From NCBI RefSeq assembly GCF_055900595.2, contig NZ_CM148325.1: a DNA stretch of 64,000 bases; one strand, written 5' to 3'. The position numbers and the translations under genes are program-made. The first letter of the stretch is position 1. Each line of letters opens with the position of its first letter. The notes under the pieces were generated by a model. It was not told the DNA's origin and made no database searches. It saw only the letters and a list, made by a program, of their open reading frames with translations. Below are positions 10,185 through 20,820 of this stretch, piece after piece.

Positions 10185-11486
10185 ATGGCTCAGGAAATCG
10201 AATTAAAGTTTATTGTTAATCACAGTGCCGTTGAGGCGTTGCGTGACCATCTCAATACGCTGGGCGGCGAGCACCATGACCCCGTGCAGTTGCTGAATAT
10301 TTACTACGAAACGCTGGATAACTGGCTGCGTGGGCACGACATGGGCTTACGTATCCGTGGCGAAAACGGTCGCTATGAGATGACCATGAAAGTTGCAGGA
10401 AGAGTGACAGGCGGCTTACACCAGCGCCCGGAATATAACGTGGCTTTGAGCGAACCGACGCTCGACCTGGCGCAGTTACCGACGGAAGTCTGGCCGAACG
10501 GCGAATTGCCTGCCGATCTCGCTTCCCGCGTACAACCGCTGTTCAGCACCGATTTTTATCGCGAAAAGTGGCTGGTAGAGGTCGATGGTAGCCAAATTGA
10601 AATCGCTCTCGACCAGGGGGAAGTGAAAGCGGGGGAATTTGCTGAGCCTATCTGCGAGCTTGAACTGGAACTGCTTAGCGGCGACACGCGCGCCGTGCTG
10701 AAACTGGCGAACCAACTGGTATCGCAAACCGGATTACGTCAGGGCAGCCTGAGCAAAGCCGCGCGCGGCTATCATCTGGCGCAGGGCAATCCCGCGCGTG
10801 AAATCAAACCGACCACCATTTTGCATGTTGCGGCAAAAGCCGATGTGGAACAGGGGCTGGAAGCGGCGCTCGAGCTGGCGTTAGCGCAATGGCAGTATCA
10901 TGAAGAACTGTGGGTCCGCGGCAACGATGCGGCGAAAGAGCAAGTGCTGGCTGCCATTGGCCTGGTCCGTCATACGCTGATGCTGTTCGGTGGCATTGTG
11001 CCGCGTAAAGCGAGCACTCACTTACGTGACCTGCTGACTCAATGCGAAGCGACCATCGCATCTGCGGTGTCTGCCGTAACGGCGGTCTACTCTACCGAAA
11101 CGGCGATGGCGAAGCTGGCGTTGACCGAATGGCTGGTAAGCAAAGCCTGGCAGCCGTTTTTAGATGCCAAAGCGCAGGGCAAAATCAGCGATTCTTTCAA
11201 ACGCTTTGCCGATATCCATCTTTCCCGCCATGCCGCTGAACTGAAAAGCGTTTTCTGCCAGCCATTAGGCGATCGCTACCGTGACCAATTGCCGCGCCTG
11301 ACGCGTGACATTGACTCAATATTGTTGCTGGCGGGTTACTACGATCCTCTCGTCGCGCAAGCCTGGCTGGAGAACTGGCAGGGACTGCGTCATGCCATTG
11401 CGACCGGGCAACGCATTGAAATTGAACATTTCCGTAATGAGGCAAACAATCAGGAACCGTTCTGGTTGCACAGCGGAAAACGTTAA
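10185..11486 (+). CDS. ygiF: inorganic triphosphatase (CYTH + CHAD domains) YgiF
   Basis: 433-aa [14 protein letters not shown]... (CYTH EXEXK motif); immediately upstream of glnE. Confidence 0.88.
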   Translation: MAQEIELKFIVNHSAVEALRDHLNTLGGEHHDPVQLLNIYYETLDNWLRGHDMGLRIRGENGRYEMTMKVAGRVTGGLHQRPEYNVALSEPTLDLAQLPTEVWPNGELPADLASRVQPLFSTDFYREKWLVEVDGSQIEIALDQGEVKAGEFAEPICELELELLSGDTRAVLKLANQLVSQTGLRQGSLSKAARGYHLAQGNPAREIKPTTILHVAAKADVEQGLEAALELALAQWQYHEELWVRGNDAAKEQVLAAIGLVRHTLMLFGGIVPRKASTHLRDLLTQCEATIASAVSAVTAVYSTETAMAKLALTEWLVSKAWQPFLDAKAQGKISDSFKRFADIHLSRHAAELKSVFCQPLGDRYRDQLPRLTRDIDSILLLAGYYDPLVAQAWLENWQGLRHAIATGQRIEIEHFRNEANNQEPFWLHSGKR

Positions 11487-11508
11487 TCAGGCAAGGATAA
11501 AATCGCTT

Positions 11509-14349
11509 ATGAAGCCGCTCTCTTCACCGTTACAGCAGTACTGGCAGACCGTTGTTGAGCGGCTGCCAGCGCCTTTAGCCGAGGAATCACTTAGCGCACA
11601 GGCGAAGTCAGTACTTACCTTCAGTGATTTTGTGCAGGACAGCGTAATTGCGCATCCAGAGTGGCTGACGGAACTGGAAAGCCAGCCGCCGCAGGCCGAC
11701 GAATGGCAGCATTACGGTGCATGGTTGCAGAAGGCGCTCAGTGATGTAAGCGACGAAGCAGGGTTAATGCGTGAGCTGCGTCTGTTCCGGCGGCGCATTA
11801 TGGTGCGCATTGCCTGGGCGCAAACGCTGGCACTGGTTACTGAAGAGAGCATATTGCAGCAGCTCAGCCATCTGGCGGAGACATTGATTGTCGCCGCGCG
11901 TGACTGGCTGTATGAGGCCTGCTGCCGCGAGTGGGGTACGCCCTGCAATGCGCAGGGTGAAGCGCAACCGCTGCTGATTTTAGGCATGGGTAAACTGGGC
12001 GGCGGGGAGCTGAATTTTTCCTCAGATATCGATCTGATTTTTGTCTGGCCGGAACATGGTTGCACGCAGGGCGGACGCAGGGAACTGGATAACGCTCAGT
12101 TCTTTACCCGCATGGGTCAGCGGCTGATTAAAGTGCTGGATCAACCAACGCAGGATGGTTTTGTTTATCGCGTGGATATGCGACTGCGTCCGTTTGGCGA
12201 AAGTGGCCCGCTGGTGCTGAGCTTTGCGGCACTGGAAGACTATTACCAGGAGCAGGGGCGCGACTGGGAGCGTTACGCGATGGTCAAGGCGCGGATTATG
12301 GGGGATAGCGAAGGCGTCTATGCTAACGAGTTGCGTGCGATGCTGCGCCCGTTTGTTTTCCGCCGTTACATCGATTTCAGCGTCATCCAGTCGCTGCGCA
12401 ACATGAAAGGGATGATTGCCCGTGAAGTACGTCGTCGTGGTTTGACCGATAACATCAAACTTGGCGCGGGTGGCATTCGCGAAATTGAATTTATCGTCCA
12501 GGTATTCCAGCTCATTCGCGGCGGGCGCGAACCGTCGCTGCAATCGCGCTCTTTACTGCCAACGCTCAGCGCCATTGCCGCGCTGCATCTGCTTTCTGAA
12601 AACGATGCCGAACAATTGCGAGTGGCGTATCTCTTCCTGCGGCGTCTGGAAAACCTGCTGCAAAGCATTAACGACGAACAAACTCAGACGCTTCCTTCGG
12701 ATGAGCTTAACCGTGCGCGGCTGGCATGGGCAATGGATTTCGCGGACTGGCCGCAACTAACCGGGGCGCTGACCGGACATATGACCAATGTGCGCCGGGT
12801 GTTTAACGAATTGATTGGCGATGACGAAAGCGAAACACAGGAAGAGTCGCTATCGGAACAGTGGCGTGAGTTGTGGCAGGATGCGTTGCAGGAAGATGAC
12901 ACTACGCCAGTACTGGCGCATCTTAGCGAAGATGATCGCAAACAGGTGCTAACACTGATTGCCGATTTCCGCAAAGAGCTGGATAAGCGCACAATCGGGC
13001 CGCGAGGACGTCAGGTGCTCGACCATCTGATGCCGCATCTGCTAAGTGATGTCTGTGCGCGTGAAGACGCTGCTGTCACGCTGTCGCGCATTACGGCTTT
13101 GCTGGTGGGGATTGTTACCCGCACTACCTATCTTGAGCTGCTTAGTGAATTCCCCGCAGCGCTTAAGCATTTGATTTCGCTGTGCGCCGCATCGCCGATG
13201 ATTGCCAGCCAACTGGCGCGTTATCCATTATTGCTGGACGAACTGCTCGATCCGAACACTCTTTACCAGCCGACGGCGACGGATGCCTACCGTGATGAAC
13301 TGCGCCAGTATTTGCTGCGCGTGCCGGAAGATGACGAAGAACAACAGCTTGAGGCGCTGCGTCAGTTCAAACAGGCGCAACTGTTACGTATTGCGGCAGC
13401 GGATATCGCCGGTACGCTACCGGTAATGAAAGTGAGCGATCACTTAACCTGGCTGGCGGAAGCTATGATAGATGCCGTCGTTCAGCAGGCGTGGGTTCAA
13501 ATGGTTGCCCGCTACGGTAAACCGAATCACCTGAACGAACGCGAAGGGCGTGGTTTTGCGGTGGTCGGCTACGGCAAGCTGGGCGGCTGGGAGTTAGGCT
13601 ACAGTTCCGATCTTGACCTGATCTTCCTCCATGATTGCCCAATGGATGCGATGACTGACGGCGAGCGGGAAATCGACGGGCGACAGTTTTATCTGCGTCT
13701 GGCGCAACGCATTATGCACCTGTTCAGCACGCGAACTTCTTCCGGTATTTTGTACGAAGTGGATGCACGGCTGCGTCCGTCCGGGGCGGCGGGAATGCTG
13801 GTTACCTCTGCAGAAGCGTTTGCCGATTATCAGAAAAACGAGGCCTGGACGTGGGAGCATCAGGCGCTGGTGCGTGCGCGTGTAGTGTACGGCGATCCGC
13901 AGCTCACCGCGCACTTTGACGCGGTGCGTCGCGAGATTATGACGCTGCCGCGTGAAGGTAAAACTCTGCAAACGGAAGTGCGGGAAATGCGCGAGAAAAT
14001 GCGCGCGCATCTCGGCAATAAACATCGCGATCGCTTTGATATCAAAGCCGATGAAGGCGGAATTACCGATATCGAATTTATTACCCAATATCTGGTGTTG
14101 CGCTACGCTCATGAAAAACCGAAGTTAACGCGCTGGTCAGACAACGTGCGTATTCTGGAGCTGCTGGCGCAAAACGACATTATGGAAGAGCAGGAAGCGA
14201 TGGCGCTGACCCGTGCTTACACGACGCTGCGCGATGAACTTCATCATCTGGCATTACAGGAATTGCCGGGTCATGTGCCGGAAGATTGCTTTACCGCAGA
14301 GCGTGAACTGGTGCGGGCAAGCTGGCAGAAGTGGCTGGTGGAAGAATGA
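11509..14349 (+). CDS. glnE: glutamine synthetase adenylyltransferase/adenylyl-removing enzyme
   Basis: 946-aa product from ATG 11509 ([20 protein letters not shown]...); track ORF 11305 is an upstream in-frame extension overlapping ygiF. Confidence 0.92.
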   Translation: MKPLSSPLQQYWQTVVERLPAPLAEESLSAQAKSVLTFSDFVQDSVIAHPEWLTELESQPPQADEWQHYGAWLQKALSDVSDEAGLMRELRLFRRRIMVRIAWAQTLALVTEESILQQLSHLAETLIVAARDWLYEACCREWGTPCNAQGEAQPLLILGMGKLGGGELNFSSDIDLIFVWPEHGCTQGGRRELDNAQFFTRMGQRLIKVLDQPTQDGFVYRVDMRLRPFGESGPLVLSFAALEDYYQEQGRDWERYAMVKARIMGDSEGVYANELRAMLRPFVFRRYIDFSVIQSLRNMKGMIAREVRRRGLTDNIKLGAGGIREIEFIVQVFQLIRGGREPSLQSRSLLPTLSAIAALHLLSENDAEQLRVAYLFLRRLENLLQSINDEQTQTLPSDELNRARLAWAMDFADWPQLTGALTGHMTNVRRVFNELIGDDESETQEESLSEQWRELWQDALQEDDTTPVLAHLSEDDRKQVLTLIADFRKELDKRTIGPRGRQVLDHLMPHLLSDVCAREDAAVTLSRITALLVGIVTRTTYLELLSEFPAALKHLISLCAASPMIASQLARYPLLLDELLDPNTLYQPTATDAYRDELRQYLLRVPEDDEEQQLEALRQFKQAQLLRIAAADIAGTLPVMKVSDHLTWLAEAMIDAVVQQAWVQMVARYGKPNHLNEREGRGFAVVGYGKLGGWELGYSSDLDLIFLHDCPMDAMTDGEREIDGRQFYLRLAQRIMHLFSTRTSSGILYEVDARLRPSGAAGMLVTSAEAFADYQKNEAWTWEHQALVRARVVYGDPQLTAHFDAVRREIMTLPREGKTLQTEVREMREKMRAHLGNKHRDRFDIKADEGGITDIEFITQYLVLRYAHEKPKLTRWSDNVRILELLAQNDIMEEQEAMALTRAYTTLRDELHHLALQELPGHVPEDCFTAERELVRASWQKWLVEE

Positions 14350-14396
14350 AGTATGGTATTATCGCGCGCAAATTTTGAATCTCTCAGGAGACAGGA

Positions 14397-15830
14397 ATGA
14401 AAGTAACGCTGCCAGAGTTTGAACGTGCAGGAGTGATGGTGGTTGGTGATGTGATGCTGGATCGTTACTGGTACGGTCCCACCAGCCGTATCTCGCCGGA
14501 AGCGCCGGTGCCCGTGGTTAAAGTGAATACCATCGAAGAACGTCCGGGCGGCGCGGCTAACGTGGCGATGAATATCGCTTCTCTCGGTGCTAATGCACGC
14601 CTGGTCGGGTTGACGGGCATTGACGATGCGGCGCGCGCGCTGAGTAAATCTCTGGCCGACGTCAACGTCAAATGCGACTTCGTTTCTGTACCGACGCATC
14701 CGACCATCACCAAATTACGGGTACTTTCCCGCAACCAACAGCTGATCCGTCTGGATTTTGAAGAAGGTTTCGAAGGGGTTGATCCGCAGCCGCTGCACGA
14801 GCGGATTAATCAGGCGCTGAGTTCGATTGGCGCGCTGGTGCTCTCTGACTACGCGAAAGGTGCGCTGGCAAGCGTGCAGCAGATGATCCAACTGGCGCGT
14901 AAAGCGGGCGTTCCGGTGCTGATTGATCCAAAAGGCACCGATTTTGAGCGCTACCGCGGCGCTACGCTGTTAACGCCGAATCTCTCGGAATTTGAAGCTG
15001 TTGTCGGTAAATGTAAGACCGAAGAAGAGATTGTTGAGCGCGGCATGAAACTGATTGCCGATTACGAACTCTCGGCTCTGTTGGTGACCCGTTCCGAACA
15101 AGGGATGTCGCTGCTGCAACCGGGTAAAGAGCCGCTGCATATGCCAACCCAGGCGCAAGAAGTGTATGACGTCACCGGTGCGGGCGATACGGTGATTGGT
15201 GTGCTGGCAGCAACGCTGGCGGCGGGTAATTCGCTGGAAGAAGCCTGCTTCTTTGCCAACGCGGCGGCCGGTGTGGTGGTTGGCAAACTGGGAACATCCA
15301 CGGTTTCGCCGATCGAGCTGGAAAATGCAGTACGTGGACGTGCAGATACCGGCTTTGGTGTGATGACCGAAGAGGAACTGAAGCTTGCTGTAGCGGCGGC
15401 GCGTAAACGCGGTGAAAAAGTGGTGATGACCAATGGCGTCTTCGACATCCTGCACGCCGGGCACGTCTCCTATCTGGCAAATGCCCGCAAACTGGGTGAC
15501 CGCCTGATTGTCGCTGTGAACAGCGATGCCTCCACCAAACGGCTGAAAGGGGATTCCCGCCCCGTTAACCCTCTCGAACAGCGTATGATTGTGCTGGGGG
15601 CACTGGAAGCGGTCGACTGGGTGGTGTCGTTTGAAGAAGACACGCCGCAGCGCTTGATCGCCGGGATCTTGCCAGACCTGCTGGTGAAAGGCGGCGACTA
15701 TAAACCAGAAGAGATTGCCGGGAGTAAAGAAGTCTGGGCCAACGGTGGCGAAGTGTTGGTGCTCAACTTTGAAGACGGTTGCTCAACGACCAACATCATC
15801 AAGAAGATCCAACAGGATAAAAAAGGCTAA
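14397..15830 (+). CDS. hldE: bifunctional D-glycero-beta-D-manno-heptose-7-phosphate kinase / heptose-1-phosphate adenylyltransferase
   Basis: 477-aa [30 protein letters not shown]... Confidence 0.92.
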   Translation: MKVTLPEFERAGVMVVGDVMLDRYWYGPTSRISPEAPVPVVKVNTIEERPGGAANVAMNIASLGANARLVGLTGIDDAARALSKSLADVNVKCDFVSVPTHPTITKLRVLSRNQQLIRLDFEEGFEGVDPQPLHERINQALSSIGALVLSDYAKGALASVQQMIQLARKAGVPVLIDPKGTDFERYRGATLLTPNLSEFEAVVGKCKTEEEIVERGMKLIADYELSALLVTRSEQGMSLLQPGKEPLHMPTQAQEVYDVTGAGDTVIGVLAATLAAGNSLEEACFFANAAAGVVVGKLGTSTVSPIELENAVRGRADTGFGVMTEEELKLAVAAARKRGEKVVMTNGVFDILHAGHVSYLANARKLGDRLIVAVNSDASTKRLKGDSRPVNPLEQRMIVLGALEAVDWVVSFEEDTPQRLIAGILPDLLVKGGDYKPEEIAGSKEVWANGGEVLVLNFEDGCSTTNIIKKIQQDKKG

Positions 15831-15909
15831 CCGGAAAGCGGTTCACAGATCTCGCTTCGAACCAGGCAGGCCTATTGACGCTGTTGTTTTTTCAACCTAA
15901 AGTAAAGGA

Positions 15910-16058
15910 ACAAGGGTAAGGGAGGATTTCTCCCCCCTCTGAATTGGTTGTTAATAAGCCTGGAAACTTACTAGTAACAACACAATCAGTATGATGACGA
16001 ACTTCATCATAACCCTTTCCTTCTATAAGGCCCCTTCTTCGGGAGGGGCTTTCCCGTT
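15910..16058 (+). ncRNA. sibD: Sib-family antisense antitoxin RNA (predicted), fully overlapping ibs copy 1
   Basis: Plus-strand promoter TTGACG(15875-80)-17nt-TAAAGT(15898-903); hairpin gcccct-tcttcggg-aggggc at 16029-16049 followed by T-rich tract. Ends approximate. Confidence 0.5.
15951..16010 (-). CDS. ibsD: Ibs-family type I toxin, 19 aa (MMKFVIILIVLLLVSFQAY)
   Basis: Minus-strand ATGATG at 16010, stop at 15951-15953; hydrophobic peptide matching the Ibs toxin pattern; symbol by position (ibsD/ibsE assignment uncertain). Confidence 0.7.
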   Translation of the reverse strand: MMKFVIILIVLLLVSFQAY

Positions 16059-16286
16059 TCAGCCCCTTGCTGACTCCCCGATTGTTGATGAGCGCCAGAC
16101 CCCGCGCAATGCTTTCCCAGAGGCAGTTTTGCCTTCCCCGAGCAGTCACGCAAAACGCTGCAACAGCCTGATCATTTGCAGTTTTTTGTGGAACACAGAT
16201 ATAAAAAATCCCCGGTTTTTTGGGCCAGGGATATGTGTTAATGAAACCTTCTTGACGCTGATTTTTTTTCAACCTAAAGTAAAGGA

Positions 16287-16434
16287 ACAAGGGTAAGGGA
16301 GGATTTCTCCCCCCTCTGAATGGCCGTTAATAAGCGTGGAAACTTATCAGTAACAGCACAATCAGTATGATGACGAACTTCATCATAACCCTTTCCTTAT
16401 GTAAGGCCCCTTCCTCGGGAGGGGCTTTCCCGTT
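16287..16434 (+). ncRNA. sibE: Sib-family antisense antitoxin RNA (predicted), copy 2
   Basis: Promoter TTGACG(16252-57)-17nt-TAAAGT(16275-80); terminator hairpin 16405-16425 + T tract. Ends approximate. Confidence 0.5.
16327..16386 (-). CDS. ibsE: Ibs-family type I toxin, 19 aa (MMKFVIILIVLLLISFHAY)
   Basis: Second repeat copy; minus-strand ATGATG at 16386, stop 16327-16329. Confidence 0.7.
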   Translation of the reverse strand: MMKFVIILIVLLLISFHAY

Positions 16435-16624
16435 TCAGCCCCTTGCTGACTCCCCGATTGTTGATGAGCGCCAGACCCCGCGCAATGCTTTCTCTTATGC
16501 AGTTTTCTCTTCCCCGAGTTGGCTCGCAAAACGCTGTAACAACCTGATCATTTGTACTTTTTAGCGGAACGCAGATATAAAAAATCCCCGGCTTTTTGGG
16601 CCAGGGATGTTCATAGTTGAAAAT

Positions 16625-18301
16625 TTATTCTATGTTTTCTGCGACGGGAGTTGTTGAGGTTAAGGGTGAAGTCAATGCCGCCAGTGAGCCGCCTGAAACG
16701 CCAATTTCATTGAGCAAGGAGTCAATCAGCGGTGCCTGTGTGCGGTAAGAAAGGGCGGCAGACAATGCCTGTTCTGCCAGGTTTCCGCCACTAACGCTGC
16801 CTGATGCCGCATCCCCCGCAGCACCACCTCGGTTTAATCCATCGACCTGAATAATCTTGATGCCGTCAATGGACTTCATCGGCTCAACGGATTTCTCTAT
16901 TACTGCAGGTAACGACTGTAATAGCGCCAGTTTGAATTTAAGGCTGGTTTGCTCGTCAGAAAGTACGTTGATAGCGTCGTTCAGCGCACGTTGCGCTTCT
17001 GCTTCCGCCAGGCCTTTTTTGCGTGTTGCTTCGGCTAACTCAACGATCGCCGCCGCCTGCATCTCTGCGGCTTCTTTCTCTGCGGCTTCTTTCTCTGCTT
17101 TCGCCCGCACGGTCAGTTCAACCGCTTTGGTTTCTGCATCCTGCGCGGCAGCGATTAGGGCAACTTGTTTAGCACGATCGGCTTCTGCGGTCTGGCGAGT
17201 GGTTTCTACGTTTTGCTGGGCGCTTACCGCTTCTGCAAGTGCAAGGTTGGCACGCGCTTCCGCTTGTGACTGCTGTTCCGATTTGGCGGCAATAGCGATC
17301 GATTTCGTCTGGTTGGCGATTTCGGTGACCTGCTGCTGTTCGATCTCTTTAATGCGAACTTCACGTTCAGCTTCAACTTTTCTGGAACGGACGACCTGTT
17401 CGCGGTCGATTTCCGTTTCCTGAATCTGTCGTTCAGCCAGAATTCGCGTCTGCTCTGCTTCCCGACGACGCTCGGCCTCAAAAGCCGCAATTTTCGCATT
17501 CTGCTCAGCGGTACGGGTTTTAACCTGCTGCTCCTGCTCAAGCGTCATAAACGCTTCTTGCTGTTCAATCTCCAGCTTCCGCGAAAGCGCATCACGGTTT
17601 TTCTCACGCACCGCAACTTCTACATCCTGTTCAACTTCGTTACGTTCGCGACGACGGCGCTCCGTCTCCTGCGTCAGCTTGGTTAAACCTTCGGCGTCAA
17701 AGGCGTTGTTAGGATTGAAATGTTCCTTCGACGTCTGGTTAAAGTTGGTAAGTGAAACGCTTTCCAGTTCCAGGCCGTTTTTCGACAGATCTTCAGCAAC
17801 GGTATTTTGTACGCCCTGCACGAAGTTCTCGCGGGTATCCTGTAACTCATGCATGGTCATTTGTGCAGCTGTTGCACGGAGGGCATCGACAAATTTATCT
17901 TCAACCAACATACGTAAGTCTTCAGGCGACAGGGTGCGTTGCCCCAGCGTCTGGGCGGCGGTGGCAATACCTTCCACTGACGGTTTTACCCGCACAAAGA
18001 AAGCGACAACGACATCGACGCGCATACGATCTTTCGTAATCAGGCTATCAATGGTTGAGCGGCTGACTTCCAGCTTCAGAGTATTCATATTGATGGGGAT
18101 TATTTCATGAAAGATCGGCATCACGATTGCGCCACCGCTCATTACCACTTTTTGCCCACCTAAACCAGTACGAACAAAAGCTTGCTCTGCCGAAGCGCGA
18201 CGATAGAGCCTGGCGAAAATAATTCCAATAATAAACAGAATGCATACGGCAATAATTGCGGTAAACATCCAGGAGGGCACAGAATTAACAATATCATCCA
18301 T
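16625..18301 (-). CDS. yqiK: SPFH/band-7 (flotillin-like) membrane protein YqiK
   Basis: 558-aa ORF; N-terminal TM, SPFH domain, long Ala/Glu/Gln-rich coiled-coil. Confidence 0.85.
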   Translation of the reverse strand: MDDIVNSVPSWMFTAIIAVCILFIIGIIFARLYRRASAEQAFVRTGLGGQKVVMSGGAIVMPIFHEIIPINMNTLKLEVSRSTIDSLITKDRMRVDVVVAFFVRVKPSVEGIATAAQTLGQRTLSPEDLRMLVEDKFVDALRATAAQMTMHELQDTRENFVQGVQNTVAEDLSKNGLELESVSLTNFNQTSKEHFNPNNAFDAEGLTKLTQETERRRRERNEVEQDVEVAVREKNRDALSRKLEIEQQEAFMTLEQEQQVKTRTAEQNAKIAAFEAERRREAEQTRILAERQIQETEIDREQVVRSRKVEAEREVRIKEIEQQQVTEIANQTKSIAIAAKSEQQSQAEARANLALAEAVSAQQNVETTRQTAEADRAKQVALIAAAQDAETKAVELTVRAKAEKEAAEKEAAEMQAAAIVELAEATRKKGLAEAEAQRALNDAINVLSDEQTSLKFKLALLQSLPAVIEKSVEPMKSIDGIKIIQVDGLNRGGAAGDAASGSVSGGNLAEQALSAALSYRTQAPLIDSLLNEIGVSGGSLAALTSPLTSTTPVAENIE

Positions 18302-18327
18302 TATTAAATTTCCTTTTGATTAATAAA

Positions 18328-18957
18328 TTACAGTATTTGGGGCCAGGGTTTTTTTTTCGCCAAATATCGCGTTGCAGAAAGTCGGCAAATAATTAATACT
18401 TTGTCTCCTTTAGTGAAAGTTTTTTCTTCTTCAGGTTCCAGTAGTAAATAATGTATTTGGCCAAATTGATCGGTGAGTTTTCCTTCACAGGGGTTACCTG
18501 AAGTGGCCTGATGTCCGGTAATTAATGCCATGCAGCCAATATATTCTTCTTCTGTAATAGCTGAACTATGGTCGCGTGGAATCCAGGGCGCAACTATTTT
18601 ACCGGTATAATGCACCGCAATAATCGTTAGCAGTAAACTGACAGGAACCACAAACAGATTTGTGAGTGGTGATTGCCAGACCATGATGCAGACCTGCTGT
18701 AGCAGGATGCCAATAAGGCCAAAAAAACCAGCATGTAAGCAGAGAACGACGAGAGCTGGCAATCTTCCAAAATTGAGATAATGAAGTGCCTGGCTAATAT
18801 GACCTGTGGTTATGGAATCATAATGGTCAAGATGTGCATCAAGAGCACCGGAAAGCATGTGACCGCAGATAAGTGCAAAAATTTCTAAAAGGCCGATCAA
18901 AAGTACAAAAGAAATAGCGAAAAGATAAGGGGTGTTATAGTCAGCGAATAAAATCAT
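18328..18957 (-). CDS. yqiJ: NfeD-like inner membrane protein YqiJ (partner of YqiK)
   Basis: 209-aa membrane ORF immediately upstream of yqiK in the same orientation. Confidence 0.82.
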   Translation of the reverse strand: MILFADYNTPYLFAISFVLLIGLLEIFALICGHMLSGALDAHLDHYDSITTGHISQALHYLNFGRLPALVVLCLHAGFFGLIGILLQQVCIMVWQSPLTNLFVVPVSLLLTIIAVHYTGKIVAPWIPRDHSSAITEEEYIGCMALITGHQATSGNPCEGKLTDQFGQIHYLLLEPEEEKTFTKGDKVLIICRLSATRYLAKKKPWPQIL

Positions 18958-19226
18958 ATGTCACTCCAATGTCCATTTAGTGACGCAATATTTATTTTGC
19001 GATAATTTCCTTGCTTACATTTATCTTTGTTAATAATAACACATGTTAGCGATGTTCTGAAAGAGAAAGTCTTTTAATGTTGTTTTTTTATTTTTCACTA
19101 AAAAGTGTGATCGGGAACAATATATTTACGCACGTTATGTTTAAAGGCACTACACTGATTGGGGAATACTGAAATCAGAAAAAGCATATGGCCTTAAAAG
19201 GTATGCGATAACCGGAGGATGTGCTT

Positions 19227-19427
19227 ATGGATCATAGTCTTAATTCTTTAAATAACTTCGATTTCCTGGCGCGTAGTTTTGCCAGAATGCACGCAGAAGG
19301 TCGCCCGGTCGATATTCTGGCCGTTACTGGTAACATGGATGAAGAACATAGAACCTGGTTTTGCGCACGTTATGCCTGGTATTGCCAACAGATGATGCAA
19401 ACCAGAGAACTGGAATTAGAACATTGA
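19227..19427 (+). CDS. glgS: surface composition regulator GlgS
   Basis: 66-aa [32 protein letters not shown]... Confidence 0.85.
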
Positions 19428-19431
19428 TATT

Positions 19432-19454
19432 ACGGGCCGTCTGGCCCGTTTTTG
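19432..19454. terminator. bidirectional Rho-independent terminator between convergent glgS and ubiK
   Basis: acgggcc-gtct-ggcccgt stem-loop followed by TTTTG. Confidence 0.5.
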
Positions 19455-19461
19455 TGGTGCT

Positions 19462-19761
19462 TTATTCTGCTTTATCAACCGGCGGGATAGCTGGAGGAGA
19501 TTGAAGTTCTGCTACCGGATTATTGCGCGCTTCCAGTTCGCTGATGCGTTGTTCCAGTAACGCCAGTTTTTCACGAGTCCGTAACAGGACTTGCGTCTGA
19601 ACGTCGAATTCTTCGCGGCTTACCAGATCGAGACGCGTCAACTGCGCTTGTAGGGTTTGGCGGATTTTTTTCTCCACATCTTCCCCGAACTCCCTGATTC
19701 CTTTAGGCATTGATTCGTGAACCTGGCGAGCGATTTGCTCAATTTTTTTCGGGTCAATCAT
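19462..19761 (-). CDS. ubiK: ubiquinone biosynthesis accessory factor UbiK (YqiC)
   Basis: [35 protein letters not shown]...; coiled-coil BMFP-like; start chosen internal to the 119-aa track ORF. Confidence 0.8.
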   Translation of the reverse strand: MIDPKKIEQIARQVHESMPKGIREFGEDVEKKIRQTLQAQLTRLDLVSREEFDVQTQVLLRTREKLALLEQRISELEARNNPVAELQSPPAIPPVDKAE

Positions 19762-19883
19762 TGTAGTTTCCCTGTACTGATAGGTGTTGAGTGCCATTGT
19801 AGTGCGATAAGGGTAAGTCATAAACCAGAATTATGTGAAGCTATGCGTTGCTGCCGCTAATCATTAGCGTTATAGTGAATCCG

Positions 19884-20134
19884 CTTATTCTCAGGGCGGG
19901 GCGAAATTCCCCACCGGCGGTAAATCAACTCAGTTGAAAGCCCGCGAGCGCTTTGGGTGCGAACTCAAAGGACAGCAGATCCGGTGTAATTCCGGGGCCG
20001 ACGGTTAGAGTCCGGATGGGAGAGAGTAACGATTCTGTCGGGCATGGACCCGCTCACGTTATTTTGGCTATATGCCGCCACTCCTAAGACTGCCCTGATT
20101 CTGGTAACCATAATTTTAGTGAGGTTTTTTTACC
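19884..20134 (+). promoter_or_regulatory. FMN riboswitch (RFN element) in ribB leader (sroG region)
   Basis: Conserved RFN aptamer motifs (ttctcagggcggggcgaaattcccc...ggacagcagatccggtgtaattccggggccgacggttagagtccggatgggagag); preceded by promoter TTGCTG(19848)-17-TATAGT(19871). Confidence 0.75.
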
Positions 20135-20788
20135 ATGAATCAGACGCTACTTTCCTCTTTTGGTACGCCTTTCGAACGTGTTGAAAATGCACTGGCTGCG
20201 CTGCGTGAAGGACGCGGTGTAATGGTGCTTGATGATGAAGACCGTGAAAACGAAGGCGATATGATCTTCCCGGCAGAAACCATGACCGTTGAGCAGATGG
20301 CGCTGACCATTCGCCACGGTAGCGGTATTGTTTGCCTGTGCATTACTGAAGATCGCCGTAAACAACTCGATCTGCCAATGATGGTAGAAAATAACACCAG
20401 CGCCTATGGCACCGGTTTTACCGTGACCATTGAAGCGGCTGAAGGTGTGACTACCGGTGTTTCTGCCGCTGACCGTATTACTACCGTTCGCGCAGCGATT
20501 GCCGATGGCGCAAAACCTTCTGATCTGAATCGTCCTGGCCACGTTTTCCCACTGCGCGCGCAGGCGGGTGGTGTGCTGACGCGTGGCGGCCATACTGAAG
20601 CGACTATTGATCTGATGACGCTGGCAGGCTTTAAACCGGCTGGTGTGCTGTGTGAGCTGACTAATGACGATGGCACGATGGCGCGTGCACCAGAGTGCAT
20701 TGAGTTTGCCAATAAACACAATATGGCGCTCGTGACTATTGAAGACCTGGTGGCATACCGTCAGGCACATGAGCGTAAAGCTAGCTGA
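20135..20788 (+). CDS. ribB: 3,4-dihydroxy-2-butanone-4-phosphate synthase
   Basis: 217-aa [45 protein letters not shown]... Confidence 0.92.
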   Translation: MNQTLLSSFGTPFERVENALAALREGRGVMVLDDEDRENEGDMIFPAETMTVEQMALTIRHGSGIVCLCITEDRRKQLDLPMMVENNTSAYGTGFTVTIEAAEGVTTGVSAADRITTVRAAIADGAKPSDLNRPGHVFPLRAQAGGVLTRGGHTEATIDLMTLAGFKPAGVLCELTNDDGTMARAPECIEFANKHNMALVTIEDLVAYRQAHERKAS

Positions 20789-20820
20789 AAACCGCTGCTT
20801 AATTTACCGCGTTAATCAAT

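Larger units (their letters stand above)
15885..16615. repeat. Tandem ~375-bp direct repeat (2 units, ~90% identical): Sib/Ibs (QUAD) type I toxin-antitoxin repeats
   Basis: Unit 1 ~15885-16260 and unit 2 ~16261-16615 align base-for-base with scattered substitutions; each has a 19-aa hydrophobic ORF on the minus strand and an antisense promoter/terminator on the plus strand. Confidence 0.8.

Noticed and set aside
11305-11508. 68-codon N-terminal extension of glnE in the ORF track (similar extensions on tolC, metC, yqhC, yqhD, gpr, zupT, ubiK, ygiW, yqhA)
   Set aside because: The extensions overlap upstream genes or lack an RBS; internal ATGs give the expected protein N-termini and lengths.
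15991-16564. Plus-strand ORFs of 101 aa (15991-16296) and 65 aa (16367-16564) starting MMTNFIITLS...
   Set aside because: They exist only because the repeat is open in this frame. The ATGATG they start on is the reverse complement of the real 19-codon ibs start, and the products are low-complexity with no RBS.
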